Source: Eledone cirrhosa
Lineage: Eukaryota
NCBI GenBank assembly: GCA_964016885.1
Contig: OZ024741.1
Span: forward strand, 113,956,001 to 114,020,000
Length of the DNA: 64,000 bases
Direction: 5' to 3'
The notes beneath the pieces are model-generated. The model was not told the origin of the DNA. It was given only the letters and a program-made list of their open reading frames with translations, and did not search any database. Every line of letters begins with the position of its first letter. The first letter of the stretch is position 1. The position numbers and the translations under genes are program-made. Below are positions 1 to 14,870 of the stretch, one piece after another.

Positions 1-3000
1 TATATATTAAAGTAAACAGATTACAATAATCAAATTAAATGGCAACGGTAAATGGGAAAACTTATTTCATTTCTGCTGGATGCCAATTAAAAGGCTTGCC
101 ATTCTATTTTTCTATTTCAGTGCATTAAACTTGTCATACGGTATTTGAGCTTCATCATTATTCATCTCATAAATAAGATTGGTTGAATAAATCAGATTAT
201 TAATAATATATTACAGACAATGTAATGCTAACTGCCTCCATTAAATCAAATCAGTATTTTTAAGCAGATAAGATAGATTTTATTGGGGGTAATTTCATAT
301 TTAACCGCATACTATTAAGCAAATCTATAGCACAAATGACAAGTTTAAATTAATAATGGTCACATTTCCAATGTTAGACCACAAAAACAAATTAACATTA
401 TATTAGGGCCAAGTATATTAAAATAGAATATTTGTTTCTTTTTATTATATTCTTGTACAACTTAGTTGCTTCAGTAACAATATATTAATGCAATTACATC
501 ATGGATGAATCATTTTAGATATTCAAAATCACACAAAACTGTGAACTTTACTTTACATTTATCATTTATTTCTTGGTGTCAAAATTTTCTCCACACTGTT
601 TGCAATCTGATCACTGATACAGTTCCACTGTAACTCTTCCACAATGTTGCTTTAGTTTAAACATATGGTCTCAGATGATGTTACTTACCAGACAATGACA
701 CATCTCTGAAATTTACTGAGAAAATTTTCATTGAATTATATGTTCGTAATAAAAAAAAAGATTAAATAATAAAAATAATATGAAGGGGAGGCAGTTGCAG
801 ACCCTACACAGTATATTTGAGCTGTGCCCAATAGACAAGATGGTGAAAGCCTTACCATGAAGAACAGCCAGTGACACTCACTGCATCAGTGACTTGCCTT
901 AACAGAACTTGTGCCTGAGGTGGGATGCATAACACCTAATATTGCAGAAGAAAAGGGCAGTTTGGTGACCAATTACACCAGATGTCTTGACAGCCACTAC
1001 CTCAAGAAAGAAGCAGATGGTCAAGTCGCACTATCTGGATATTATTGAATTTGTGTAATCTTGTACCATTCTACCTTTGTATTTTTAGGTTCCATTTAAA
1101 ATGAAAGCTGAATCAATGCAACAACAATCCACCCATTCATACCTATCTAAACCTATTTAACTCAATTATTTTGATATTAATAAAAAGGGTGATAGAGAAT
1201 TATTGATATGTGAAAATGGTTATGATGGCAAAAAGTTGGGAACTGCTATATTAAAGAGAAAGTGTTATTGATGTAAGCTATATAATTATGATTATTAATG
1301 GAACTGTTTTTAATAAAAACACCAAGAAGTTTGGTATTATATGTAATAAAATATGTGACATAATACTAATAGCTAGAATAGAAAGACATAAATTATTTTA
1401 CAAGATAATATGTCCTTAGAACTTATTCTGTAAAGCATGATTTTTAGCTCCCTCTCCTGACATTAACTTTTATCGACAAAAATGTTTTAATGATATATTG
1501 ATTAGTGTTAGAGGATTTATGTTAATATATTTTTTAATGTTTGAATGGTTCATCATCATAATTTGGATGGGTTGTTATAGATCAAGTCATTACTTAATTG
1601 GACCTATTATCCTCTTTGATGAGTCAGAGAACTAGGTCTCATTCAGATTTGTTCCATTTTAGCATGGTTTTGACAAATGGATACCCTTGCTGATGCCAAT
1701 CACTTTACAGAATGTACTGAGTGCATTTTATCATGACACTAGCACTAGAGAGGTTGCTTTGCCCTTAGTGCAATTGAAGACTTCAGTACTCTTTTGACAA
1801 GATTTCCATAACTGGATACCCTTCTTTATGTCAACTACTTTATATAGTGTACAGGGTACATTTTCCATGGCACCAGAATGATTGTTCTGAGGTGCTATGA
1901 GAAATAGAGAAGGGGCTAAGGTGAGCATAAGTGTGTAGCTAAGAGTGTGGTGGGGAAGACAGGGCTATATGTTGGTTGTTGGAAGGGAGGGTTAGTAGAT
2001 AACAGTGTGGTGAGGGAGGGGAATGAGAGTGACTGAGCAATATGTGGGCCGGAGGACAAAGGAGAGTAATACCATTGTTCTGTCATAGTGTCATGACTGA
2101 AGGGAGAGAGGTATAATTAGTTGTACATGGGAGATAAACCTGGAATTAGGCAGGTGAATGGATGGTTGATAGCAGGAGCTGTACATTGGTAATGAATAAC
2201 TATTAACAATGGGGTTGAGGGATCATTAAGTAGTTATCATCATCATCACCATCATTATTGTCATTTTAACATCCACTTTCTGTTAACAAGGGTTGGACAG
2301 ATATTCATAGACCAGGTCAGAACTGAAACAGGGCTACTGACCTCCCAAAAAGGCTATGGGTCTGTTAGATGTATAAAATGTACTTTTCATTGCTATATAA
2401 ATATATTTCATTTTCATCTGAATTATGTAAATGTGTGTGCATATTTATATATATATGTGTGTGTATGTGTATGTACATGTGTGTAGCCCAGTTTTCAGAA
2501 TAGACACACTGCACCCTATGTATCATAAGAATTGACTAAAAAAGAAGCCAATCTGGTCATAAAACATTGTCTCAAAACATCCCATCCAAATCATGCTTGC
2601 ATGGAAAAGTGGATGGAAAAACGATAATGATGATAATGTAGATCTATAGATAAATGCAGAGGAAAGTTTTAGCACAGAATCAATGTATATTTTGCATTTG
2701 TAAGCATATTTTCAATCTTAATTGAAACAATGTCATTTAAAATTTCAGAAAGTAATACCGTACAATATTAATGCTTTTATTATTAAATACACATTTACTT
2801 TCATTATTTTGAAAGCTCTTACCAAGATATTTGTGTTCTTCATATATAAATACATTTATAAAGAATTGGCTGCAGATTTCTTGAGAATTGCAGATTCTAA
2901 AATACTCATGCTGTAAACATAGAAATACAAAAGCTGTTTGCTTTTTTTTTTTTTATGTTTCCTTTTTTTTAAGAGAAAGGAGCTGTTCAGCAGGTCATAT

Positions 3001-3179
3001 CAAGAAAATTATGTTTCCATTGATCTTTCCAATGTTGATACCGTTTGCTGGTTGCAACTCCTGACAGAAGGAGGCACAATTTGGAGTCAGAAAGCATTGT
3101 TTCCTTGGTCCAATTTGATGAGTTCCACCCAACTCAATAAGCAAGTGAGGTCTGAGATCTTGTTGATCAATTGAAAAAA

Positions 3180-3257
<78 letters not shown>

Positions 3258-3260
<3 letters not shown>

Positions 3261-4681
3261 TTATCATCATCATCATCACCGTTATACGTCTGTTCTTCCA
3301 CGCTAGCATGGGTTAGACGGGTTGTCCTGTTGTGGGCAGTGTCTGGTCGGCTGACCAAGCCTTGCTCATACAGGAACTGATTTGGCTTGATTTCTACAGC
3401 TGGATGCCCTTCCTAACACCAACCTCATTTACAGTGAGTATTGGGTGCTTTTTCGTGGCGCCTACACGTCCACTTTACAGTGTGGGCTGGGTGCTTTTTT
3501 GCCGTGGCACCTCCACGACCACCAGTGGGAGGGTGTGGGGGCATATTGTCTATATGCTTCAGCTTGTACCCATGGGAGGTCGGGTACTCTGTATTACTGC
3601 ATGACGCCAGAGGTCACTGTCGTGTGTCATCACCTTTGAGAGGTGTAATTGGGTAAGGTCGGCTTTTATCACCTCATCCCAGGTCATCTTGGGTCTCCCC
3701 ACTCCGCGGTTTCCATCGACTTCTAGTGCTCTGCACCTTTTTATGCAGCTGTCATCCTTCATACGCATCACATGTCCATACCAACGCAACCGCCTCTCCT
3801 GCACATAGCATTTGATTCCTCTTATGCTCAGTCTCTCTCTCAATTCATTTATGCTTTGTCGTTCGCGTATATTACTATTATACATCCATCGGAGCATGCA
3901 GGCTTCATTTCTCTCTAATCTACGTAAGTCTTCCACCTTTAGCGCCCAGGTCTCACTACCATGTAGCATTGCTGTTCGGATACACGCATCATACAGTCTG
4001 CCTTTCATTTTGAGGGAGAAGCTTTTTGCAGCTAGCAGTGGTAGTAGTTCCCTAAACTTCTTCCATCCCATTCTTACCCTAGTTATTGTACTTTCTGAAC
4101 ACCCACCTCCGCTGCTAATTCAGTCACCTAGGTAGCAGAAGCTGTCTACTGTCTCTACAGAGCCCTCCCAGAGATTGGTGGTACTTGTTTCCTGTGAGTG
4201 TTTGCTGCTTGCTGTCCCAGTACAGCTGCTACATGTGAAGCCTACATTCTTAATTAAGCTTCCTGAGATCCCGCTACATCTCTTGTGTACCCATTGTTTG
4301 CATTTGGGGCAGAGAATGGAGTTCCTACCTACACCTTTCCTACATACTGAGCAAGGCCATTTCCCTGAGGGGATCTGGGTTCTGTTTTCTAGTCTACTTA
4401 CAAGGACCTTAGTCTTTGTCATGTTGACTTTGAGACCCTTTCTTTCTAGTCCCTGCTTCCAAGTTTGGAATTTCTTCTCTAGTTCTATCATAGATTCAGC
4501 TATAAGTGCAAGGTCATCAGCATACAGGAGTTCCCATGGGCATCCGGTCTTAAACTCCTCCGTTATTGCCTGCAGGACTATGATGAACAGGAGAGGGCTA
4601 AGAACAGAGCCCTGGTGGACCCCAACCTGTACACTAAATTCCTCGCTATACTCATTGCTAATCCTAACTTTGCTGACTGCT
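3258..4681 (-). mobile_element. 5'-truncated copy of the same RTE family, with one nonsense mutation
   Basis: ORFs 4120-4491 and 3559-4071 share a frame and nearly match the 541-aa ORF. They are split by a CGA>TGA change at 4120-4122. The same 3'UTR and (CAT)n tail lie at 3258-3280, and both flanks are (AT)n. Confidence 0.95.
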
Positions 4682-5821
4682 ATAAATATATATATATATT
4701 TATTTATTTATTTAGGTTTGTTGGTTCACCAGTGGATAGAACTGGTAATTCTGTATGGTCAACCTCGATGTAATATTAGGGAGAGCACTCGACGTAATGC
4801 AACTCACCCATCTTTGTTTGTGTTGTTGGTGGTGCGAGTTTGGAGTTAATTATTATAAAATAACAGGAGGCTGGATTGGTGTAATTCCTTAAAGGTTTAT
4901 TATACTATGAACATTTCAATGACCAGGTTCAGTATGAATCCGGTGACATCATCAGGTATTCAAAATTTAACAAAGGAATATAATCCATGGAGCTGAAAAG
5001 GCAGAATGACAAGAAGGCAGCCATATATATATAATATTTATCAACTTATCTGTCTCATCTGAAATAAACTCATCAAAAGGAAAAATAAGTGGCATGAAAA
5101 CATCATCATACAAACTATACTTAATTAATTATCCTCAGCCTCCTTGTCATCATCTCATGATTGCTACAATCAGACATTGAGATATCACTCTAAACATTCT
5201 GGCTGTCAGGCAATCACCACTAGTCTGATCTGTGTACACCATGCAGAAAGGCTAGTGTTGAGATAAATTCGAATGTATGGACCCATAACTCCTAAGAGAG
5301 TTGTATTGCACCACATTGGTATACAGCATTTCTTAGGACATTTTTAAACCTGGAAGAGCCAATCTCCTCTCCAGATCTGAATACTGTAGATTTCTTCCAG
5401 AGAAGGACAAAGAGTGAGATAACGGAAGTGAGAAAAAGACAGAGGAAGAATTCACATCAGTACTAGACTGGTACTTTTTTTATTGACCTTGATTGGATGA
5501 AAGGCAAAGTTGACCTTGGTGGGATTTGAGCTCAGAGAGTAGAGAGCTGAAATCAATACCACAAAGCATTCAATCTGATGTTATAATGACTCTGCCAATT
5601 CGCTGCCTGTTGAAACATGTATAGTCCTTGATATTGTCAGGCCAGGATCTTCTTTGTCAGCCTCTTTTACACCCTATTTCAACTGGGCTCTGGAAAATGA
5701 TTTGGGGCAAGGAGTTGTGGTGAAATACATGTCTCTACCAAGCAAGCTTTAATAATTCTCGTAAATTTCTCATCACTCAATGGCCTTCAGTTTTCTCTGA
5801 AATATTTACTATATTAATTTA

Positions 5822-6100
5822 CCAATCCACACTGTAAAGTGGTCGTGTAGGTGTCATGACAAAAAGCACCCAGTCCTCAATGTAAAGTGGTGATGTAGGT
5901 ATCACAGCAAAAAGCACCCAGTACACACTGTAAATGTGGTTGGCATTAGGAAGGACATCGAGCTGTAGAAACCAAGCCAAAATCAGTTCCGTATGAGAAA
6001 AACACGGTCCTCTGACCTGGCTTGTCTCACAATGGGACAGCTTGTCTAACTCATGCTAGCATGGAAATTGGACATTAAACAATGATGAAGATGATGATGA
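5822..6100 (+). mobile_element. RTE-3'UTR-derived element
   Basis: Three CACTGTAAAGTGG..AAAAAGCACCCAG units, GGAAGGACATC..CTGTAGAAA, and a (GAT)n-like tail. Confidence 0.75.
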
Positions 6101-6479
6101 AAGATATACTAGATACTGATGGTTCTTGAATCATAATTGAGCTTTACTTTTCCTGATCAACCAAACGATGAACAGCTTCTAATAAAATATATTATACTTT
6201 ATGTATTGAGTACAACCTATGCAAGCATGGACATTAAATGAAGATAATGATGATTTTCGACTGTTTGTAAATACAATCATTTAACAATACATACTCACAC
6301 AAACATAAAAGGCAGAAGTACAGGAACAGAGTGCACTAAGAGCACTCTGAAATAGATTTTCTTAAATGGTCAGACAACTTCTTAATAGTAGTTGATAGCT
6401 TTTATTAACAAAGTAACTCAATTAGCATTTTAGGTGGGTGATCTGAAAATATCTAGAGTAAAATTCGGATGGAAAAAGT

Positions 6480-6910
6480 TCAGGAAACTATTACCTATGC
6501 TGATTACTAAGAGTTCCTCTCTCAGAGTGAGAAGTAGATTGTATAATGCTTTTGACAAATTGTGATTCTAAAAGATTACAAGACATGATCAGATGATTTA
6601 TGAAAACTAGAAAGAAATGAAGCAAACATGTTTCACTTGATGTATACATGAATGATGGAGCTAAGATAGAGTCTGAACAACTGTATTGGTATGAGCATAT
6701 AATGCATATAGGTGATGAGTGATGTGTAAAGTACAATCTGTAAAGTGGTTGGTCTTATAAAGAGCATTCAATTATAGAAATGCTACCAAAAAGGAACATA
6801 TTAGTGAGATGGGAGGGGGTACTCTATTTTGTGTAGAACAACAATAACTTCAAGTATGAACAGACTTGGAAAGCGATGAACTATCCAATCCATGTTAGCA
6901 TGGAAAACAG
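6480..6910 (+). mobile_element. Highly decayed RTE 3' fragment
   Basis: Relic motifs AGATTGTATAATGC (RLY.A), CTAGAAAGAAATGAAGCA (LERNEA) and TGGTATGAGCATATAATG (WY.H.M), followed by the 3'UTR module. Confidence 0.55.
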
Positions 6911-6924
6911 ATAAACAGGTGTAA

Positions 6925-7505
6925 AATATTGATTTCTAATTCAGGTACAAGGTCAACAATTATTTATAGGGAGAAAGGAAAGTCAATTTGAAACCAGAAT
7001 GTAGAGAGTTGTAACTAACTATCACAAAGCAGTTCGTCCTACCAATACTGCCAATCAATCACACTGTAAAATAATTGTTTCTACTTTTTGGCACAAAACC
7101 AACAATTACCCCAGTGCATTACTGGTACTTTATTTTATCGACCCCGTAAGAATGAAAGGCAAAATTAACCTTGGCGGGATTTGAACTCAGAACATAAAGG
7201 GCAATAACTGTATGCTGCAAACCATAGCATCAAGTTACGACCCTTTTCGGTCTGAGTTCAAATCCTTTCATCCTCTCATCCACACTGTAAAATAATGGTT
7301 TCTTATATAGGCACAAGGCCAGCAATTTTGGGGGAGGAGTAAGCCTATTAAATCGACCCCAGTGTATGACTGGTACTTTATTTTATTGACCCTGTAAGGA
7401 TGAAAGGCAAAGTTAATCTCAGTGGGATTTGAACTCAGATCATAAAGGGCCGTAACTCTATGCTGCAAAGCATGACGTCCAACCCTCTACTGATACTGCC
7501 AAATG
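6925..7505 (-). mobile_element. Cluster of three SINE family 1 copies
   Basis: Reverse complement of the 63-kb SINE at ~6925-7058, 7076-7228 and 7297-7505. Other copies: 5455-5610(-), 8125-8290(+), 13385-13520(+), 15320-15430(-), 24808-24960(+), 25970-26135(-), 41355-41540(+), 59450-59600(+), 59790-59960(-), 60040-60136(-). Confidence 0.85.
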
Positions 7506-9376
7506 ATCATACACACACAATGAATACACAACATTCAAAATATGACCATAAAATAGAAACTTTATCAGAAAATTAAGTTAGTAAAGTGGTTAACTTTAGT
7601 CACACAGTGTGGAGAATATGATAACATCTCTGGTATCAACATGATCAGAGAATAGTAAATGGATTATTACTCTCAAAGTAATAGAATATCGCCAATTCAT
7701 TGAAGCCTTAATTATAATTAAGCTTAGCTTTGCAATATTTAAAGAATTATCTCATTTCAGTTCACATCTTAGATACTTATAAAGGCAACTTTATTTAATT
7801 AATTCTTTAGTACATTATAGTGGTACATTATGTTAGCCATGTTGATAAAGTATCAATGGTTTGGCTAAGTGAAGAAACTCCTGCTTCTTTCCAGCCACAC
7901 AAGATCCTATATTATGTCCATTGCAAACATCTGCCATTAAAATGTGTCATTAATACACTACAACTTCTGTTTTGCAGATCTATTACCTCATCTTTGAATA
8001 ATCTTTTTGCTACTATATTTCTGATGAAAGATACTGCCTGTTGTTTGGAATTTTTTTTTTTTTTCAATTAATTGTGAAAATACACAATAATTTGGAGGGA
8101 TTTCGTAATATAACTAGCATTAGCATCGAACACTATGCTTTGCTGCATAGAGTTACGCCCCTTTGCGTTCTGAGTTCAAATCCCACCAAGATTACCTTTG
8201 CCTTTCATCCTAACATACTGGGGTCGATTTAATCGACTTTCCACTCTCCCCAAATTGCTGGCTTTGTGCCTAAAGTAGAAATCATTATTAAGCTGGAGTT
8301 TGAGCATGGTTTAACAATGGTTGTTACATAAAATTAAGATGGAAGGCTATATATATGAACACTTTAAAACAATTTAGTGTTGTAGAACCAAGGGTGATTT
8401 GCTATCAAGAGGGTAATCACTCTATAATTGACCTTTGCTCCCTTGAAATAGTTAGTTTCATACTAGTTCAGTTCTCCTGACTCTCCCACTCTTGTTAGTT
8501 ACCCTTACTGTGCATCAATTCACTCCCAGAATCTACACTAATCTCCATCGTAGAAAAGTATTCCTCTGGAATACCCCACTCCTGGCTAACTACTTGAGCT
8601 CAAAATATGTATGCATTTCCCAGTTGTTCAAACAACAGAACAGCCTGGTCATGAGATTGTCATACAAGTGGCAACACATTCTACAGACACATGTCCCAGT
8701 TCATTCATCATTTTCATGCTTATAGAAATCACTCTTCCATTCTCCTCATCATCCTTTTCTCCATGTTCATTCTACCTTATAACCCATAACCTGGAGTGGC
8801 TTTAAAGCCTTTTTATGTCGTGACATTTAACATTTAATAATAATAATAATAATGAAATTATTGTGTACAGTGCTCAGGTACACTACAACTCATCAAAGTT
8901 TAGTAAAACAAAAGAAAAATATTCTCTTTATGTAGTAAAGTGTCTTGCTCAAGGATACAATGTACTACTGGGAATCAAACACATGACCTTATAACATGGA
9001 ATTGAATTAACAACCTTACATCATGAGGCAAACACTCTAAAAACTAAACCACATGCTTTCATGCTCAGAATATACACGCTCTGAACATGAAAGCATATAA
9101 CAACTTTATTTTTTATCTTTAAGGGTTTCACCCTGTTTTGTAGACTATTTTATAGCCTCTCCATGCATGGGCACACCATTCTTTATATTAACATTATCCC
9201 CTCAGCACTTCATAAAAGTCCCAGAGATCAGCTATTTATACACGATATGTATAACCAAACAGTGAGTGTGTTTTATTATTATTTCTGGCAATATTATAAC
9301 TATATGACCCTCCCCAAATATAACAATATTTGTTTCAACACAAGATTTTAGACCTTGCAAAACAAACAAATATGTA

Positions 9377-9434
<58 letters not shown>

Positions 9435-9687
9435 GAGGGAGGGAGAGAAGGAGAGAAAAACAGGAATAAATACTTTAAAACATTTTAATCTAGCATGATA
9501 CCGTTTCTGCAGTTACTACAATAACAATGATGAATAAATAGAAAAAAGTGTAACAAATATACAGCACTGGCAATAACAATACAACATAAACCTCAGTAAT
9601 AACTACAATAGCTTATGAGTGCATGTGTGTTTGTGTGCATATGGGTGTGCTAACAAAGAGAACGGATTTTAAATAATGATGATGATA

Positions 9688-10302
<615 letters not shown>

Positions 10303-11063
10303 TAAACAATCAACTTCAAAACAAAATGAAAACTCCAGTAACTGTAGAAGAGTAGTTAAGAGTAACAACAACTATAACCGCATAGAACATATTTATATAT
10401 AGCTATAGCTGCTATACAATTACGATAACAAAACCCTTAGCATTAACCACAATCATAATAGCAACAACTGCTACTACTATTAACAGTACTACCACTATTA
10501 ATACTACAAAACAAGAAGAAACTGAAATCAATGAAAAATGTCTGCAGTAATATATAAAATATCAAAGCAAACAGTAAATGTATGTGGTGTGTTTGTTACC
10601 AAATCAGTACCAATGTTTAGAGTTTTAATGGCCAAAGGGGGTGTGGGAAGCCGGAAATCATTGGAAAAGAAAGGGACAAGATAGAGAGCAGAATAACTTC
10701 AGTTCTTATGTAGTGAATGAACATCAAACTGACCACTTGACCATTATATGGTATTTGAAAACTGGAGTTTTCAAATAGAATAATATATATTTATATGTAT
10801 AATGTATATATATATATATATATATATATTTATGTATATATATATATTTATTTATATATATATAGTTATGTATATATATATATATATATACATATATTTA
10901 TGTACATATATATATATACATATATAAATAACTATATATACATGTATATAATAGATGTATAAGTAAAGATATATAGAGATATATATTTATGTATGCATAT
11001 ATAGTATGTTTATATCTGCTCTTCTATGCTTACGCACCCACACACACACACACTCACACATAC

Positions 11064-11095
<32 letters not shown>

Positions 11096-12548
11096 ACATA
11101 CATACATACATACATACATACATACATTTATTTAAAATAAATGAATAAATAAATATCAGATTTACCTTTGTTGTAAAATACTGCAGCTTTAACTTCTTTG
11201 GTGAAGAAATATTGGTATTGAGAGATGTGCCTATGTCTGTGTCTCTGTCTTCATTTCCACCTATGATTGCATAAATATGATGAAGGGAGGGGCTCATGAG
11301 GACTAAGGTGGAGGTGTTGGATAGAATGAAATGATTTACTAAGGTTTGGTTGTTGTTGGTGTTGTTGTTACCACTGTGTGTATTTCAATGATAGAGCTGG
11401 TATTCCAGTCAATACATAGAAAGTAATATGAATTTAAGTGTCTTGCTCAAGAAAACAATGTACTCTCCCATCCAGGAATCGAATCCATGACCTTATTGTC
11501 CTGCATTCAACACCCTAACTATTCAGTAACTATCATTGAATGATACACTTCGTATCAGTTACATATTGGGGTTGGGAAGAACTGAAGTGAAAAAAAGAAA
11601 AAAAAACATAAAGTAAGAGATGGGAGACAACAATAAAAAAACTGGTATATTCATTTATATTTCAATTTCGTAATATACTTGGTAACTTGAATGGTCATCA
11701 ATATCTCTGTAATTTTAGTTTTTGTTGTCTTGTTGATGATTGAGAAGGACTCTTCATTTGTGTTAAGGAAACAACCACTTCCCCAGTAAAGTGGCCATAG
11801 GAAAATGCTTTAAATACACTCTGTAATATGGTTGGTGTTAGGAAGGTCATCAAACCATTAAAACAATGCCAAACAAAGTGTGGAGGACAGCTGTAGGAAG
11901 GACATGACAAAACTCTAGTGCTTGTACCATGATAAAATGCACCCAGTACACTCTGAAAAGGAGTTAATGGTAGAAAGAACATCTAACTATGTAGAAACCA
12001 TACCAAAACTGGAATGTATGTGAGATATGGTTCCTGTCTCACCTGGGAGGATGGTAGCTACAGCTAAGTATGGACCTGGTCTGGGATCTCCCATCCAACC
12101 CTTGTCAGCATAGTCAAATGGACATTAAATGTTGGTGATGTTTGGGATTAAGGGTACTTGAGGTGTTGACGTTTTATGGTGATGATAATTATAATTATCA
12201 TTATACAAAACATATCATAAACTATGTCATTATTTCTAGAACTACCTAAACTAACAAATCAACTGTGAAAAAAAATAGCCCCAAATATATATACTTTTTT
12301 TTTAAACTATTAGTAATCTTCAGATATCTACATAGGTACAGTATATGTATGTGTGAGTACATTTACACTAACTATTTATATCCCATTACAGTGGTTTGAC
12401 CAAATAGATCAATTGTAAAAAGTACCATACTTTTAAATAAGCACTGGGGATGATATGATTGACAAAATCCCTTCAAAGTAGTGCCCCAGTATATTCGCAG
12501 TTTAATGATTGAAAAAGTAAAAATAAATGAATAGAAAATAAATGAATA

Positions 12549-12602
<54 letters not shown>

Positions 12603-14699
12603 ATTATCTACAAAGTTTTACAAACTGGATGATAATGCATGTTATCTTAGGAAGGAGCTAAACATCTTCAGTGTCAGTTGACACTATAGAGGGTGATAGA
12701 AATATACAGTCAAACAAACTTCTCACATGAAAAATAAAATTCTTCATGATAAACATAGGAGATGTCAAAATAAAGAGTGATTAAGTCATATCTCCAAGAC
12801 ATTCAAAAATGGTTGGCAGATAAGTTGGGAAGAAGCACATAAAAGAAAAAGCAAGAAACAAAAAAGAAAAACGTTGGTGTCAAACTTTAAATTTCCAGGA
12901 AATCAACCATTTTAATATGCTATACATGTTTGTATATTTATATATGTCCCCATCTGTAACTCTTTTATATTTACACACAGAAACATACACACAATGCATT
13001 TCCTATCTCAGTCATGTTATTAAAATGAGAAGTTTGCTTTCCAATCACAAGATTCTTTGTTCTAATCCTACCTTTGTCCCTGTAAATAGTTATATCTTCA
13101 AAGTTACTAAGAAATTTAATCCTGTATGTCATTTGTGCATATGTGATAAATATTTATGTAATTATATCTTAGAAATAAATTATTAGAATAACATTCTTTA
13201 ATCACTTTAATTACTTCAACACAAATTATAGGGTGATACAAATTTCCCAGTAATCCTGGTATATATGGCATACCAACCCTAGACTCCAAAAAACAAATAC
13301 ATATAATGCTATTGCCATCATTATTGACAGCACGGGTCCACTAGTATGTATTATTTCTTCAAAGTAAAGTCACTTCTCACTGTAGGCAGCAAATTGGCAG
13401 AGTCATTAGAATGTTGGATTAAATGGTTTAACATTTCTTCTATCTCTCTTTGCTTTGAGTTCAAATCCTACCACTGTCATGTTTCTCTTTCATTCTTTCA
13501 GGGTCAATAAATAAAGTACACAGTCAGACATGACCAGAGATGGTGAATTGGCATAATTGTTAGGAGGCAGCTCTGCACTTTCTGAAATCAAACCCCACCT
13601 TCTGTCACTAAAAAAGCAGTGATACCTCTGCCAAGAGTTGCAACCAGAAGATAGTACCAGCTATGGAAATGATTTTCTAGTCTGAACTGGAAATGAACTC
13701 TTTTCCTTTCCTTTGTTATTTTCATTGCAAGTGACAGAATATCAGTTGCATTACTCTTTTCATTTTATAAAAATAATCAACCATAATCAAAAACAATATT
13801 TGTTTTCCTAATTTGTTTTCCTAATTTATTTTTAATTAGTTTATTTGGTTTTTATTTCCTGTATAATCACAGGCAGATTATTGATAAATAAACAAAACAG
13901 TTGTGTATGCATGCAAAACAAAAGGACTCATTATTGCTCCCACATGGCACATTTTTTTCTAGTGCTGGTGATAGAATAAATTTGCACCCAGTACACTTTG
14001 TAAAATGATAGGTGACAGTGAGACTGTTCAATCACTCCACCCAACCAAAATAAATATATAAATAAATAAAATGGGATGTATAATCAAGATGTGGACTCTC
14101 AAGTTATATCACAGTAACTTTTAATAATAAAAAGACACAGTATTTGTAATGCTAAGGGAGAATATATAAGTTCAATGTGAGAACAATGATTTCAAAGTGA
14201 GTACATATTAAATTAAATTAGGCCGTATCACTTCAAAGTAAAAATAGCAATTTCATAGTAAGCTGAAGCCTCTTTTATTGCTTAAACTTAGTTTATTTAA
14301 TCTAACAAGAATACAAAATGTATTTTCTCACAGAAAAAATATAGCAGAGAAGACTTTCTTAGTTGGAGAATATATTAAAATAAAGTAAAATTGAAACATT
14401 TATCTTTTTTAATCGCAGTTGTAATAACTAATTTTCTATGAATTAATGCATTGATAAAATCTAATAGAGTGAATGGCTTCTGAAATCATTGCACAAATGA
14501 TAAAAATATTTTTGTAATGTCTAGACAAACCATTATCAAGTGAACATTGAGCAAGGTACACTCAAATGTCAAACATTGCTTGCAGTCATCTCATAGACTT
14601 TTATAGCATACTTACACCTGAAGATACTGGAAAATATTATGACATGATAAGTTTTTAGCCATAATATTGAGCTGATAAAAACTTATAATTAACCTGGAA

Positions 14700-14870
14700 A
14701 TATCATATTGTTGACATTGCATGGCCCTGGGGCTACCTCCCTACTTACCACCATAGGCACTGAGCTGGCTAGCCACAGGTGTGAGTCTCACGAGATGGGA
14801 TGGCTCTTCCAGTGCATCTCTCTTACCATCCTGTAGGAAAATGCTTTCTCCATTCTGTCTGATGGGGCTG
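14700..14870 (+). pseudogene. Second fragment of the same CRE-like family
   Basis: LLTTIGTELASHRCESHEMGWLFQCISLTIL*ENAFSIL parallels LTTHRCKPCKEEWLFQCVTLAILRGNVYSIL at 28800-28920. Confidence 0.6.

Noticed and set aside
11166-11373. Possible minus-strand coding exon (open frame, AAG/GTAAAT donor)
   Set aside because: Weak acceptor, low-complexity N-rich start, no recognisable protein and no partner exons.
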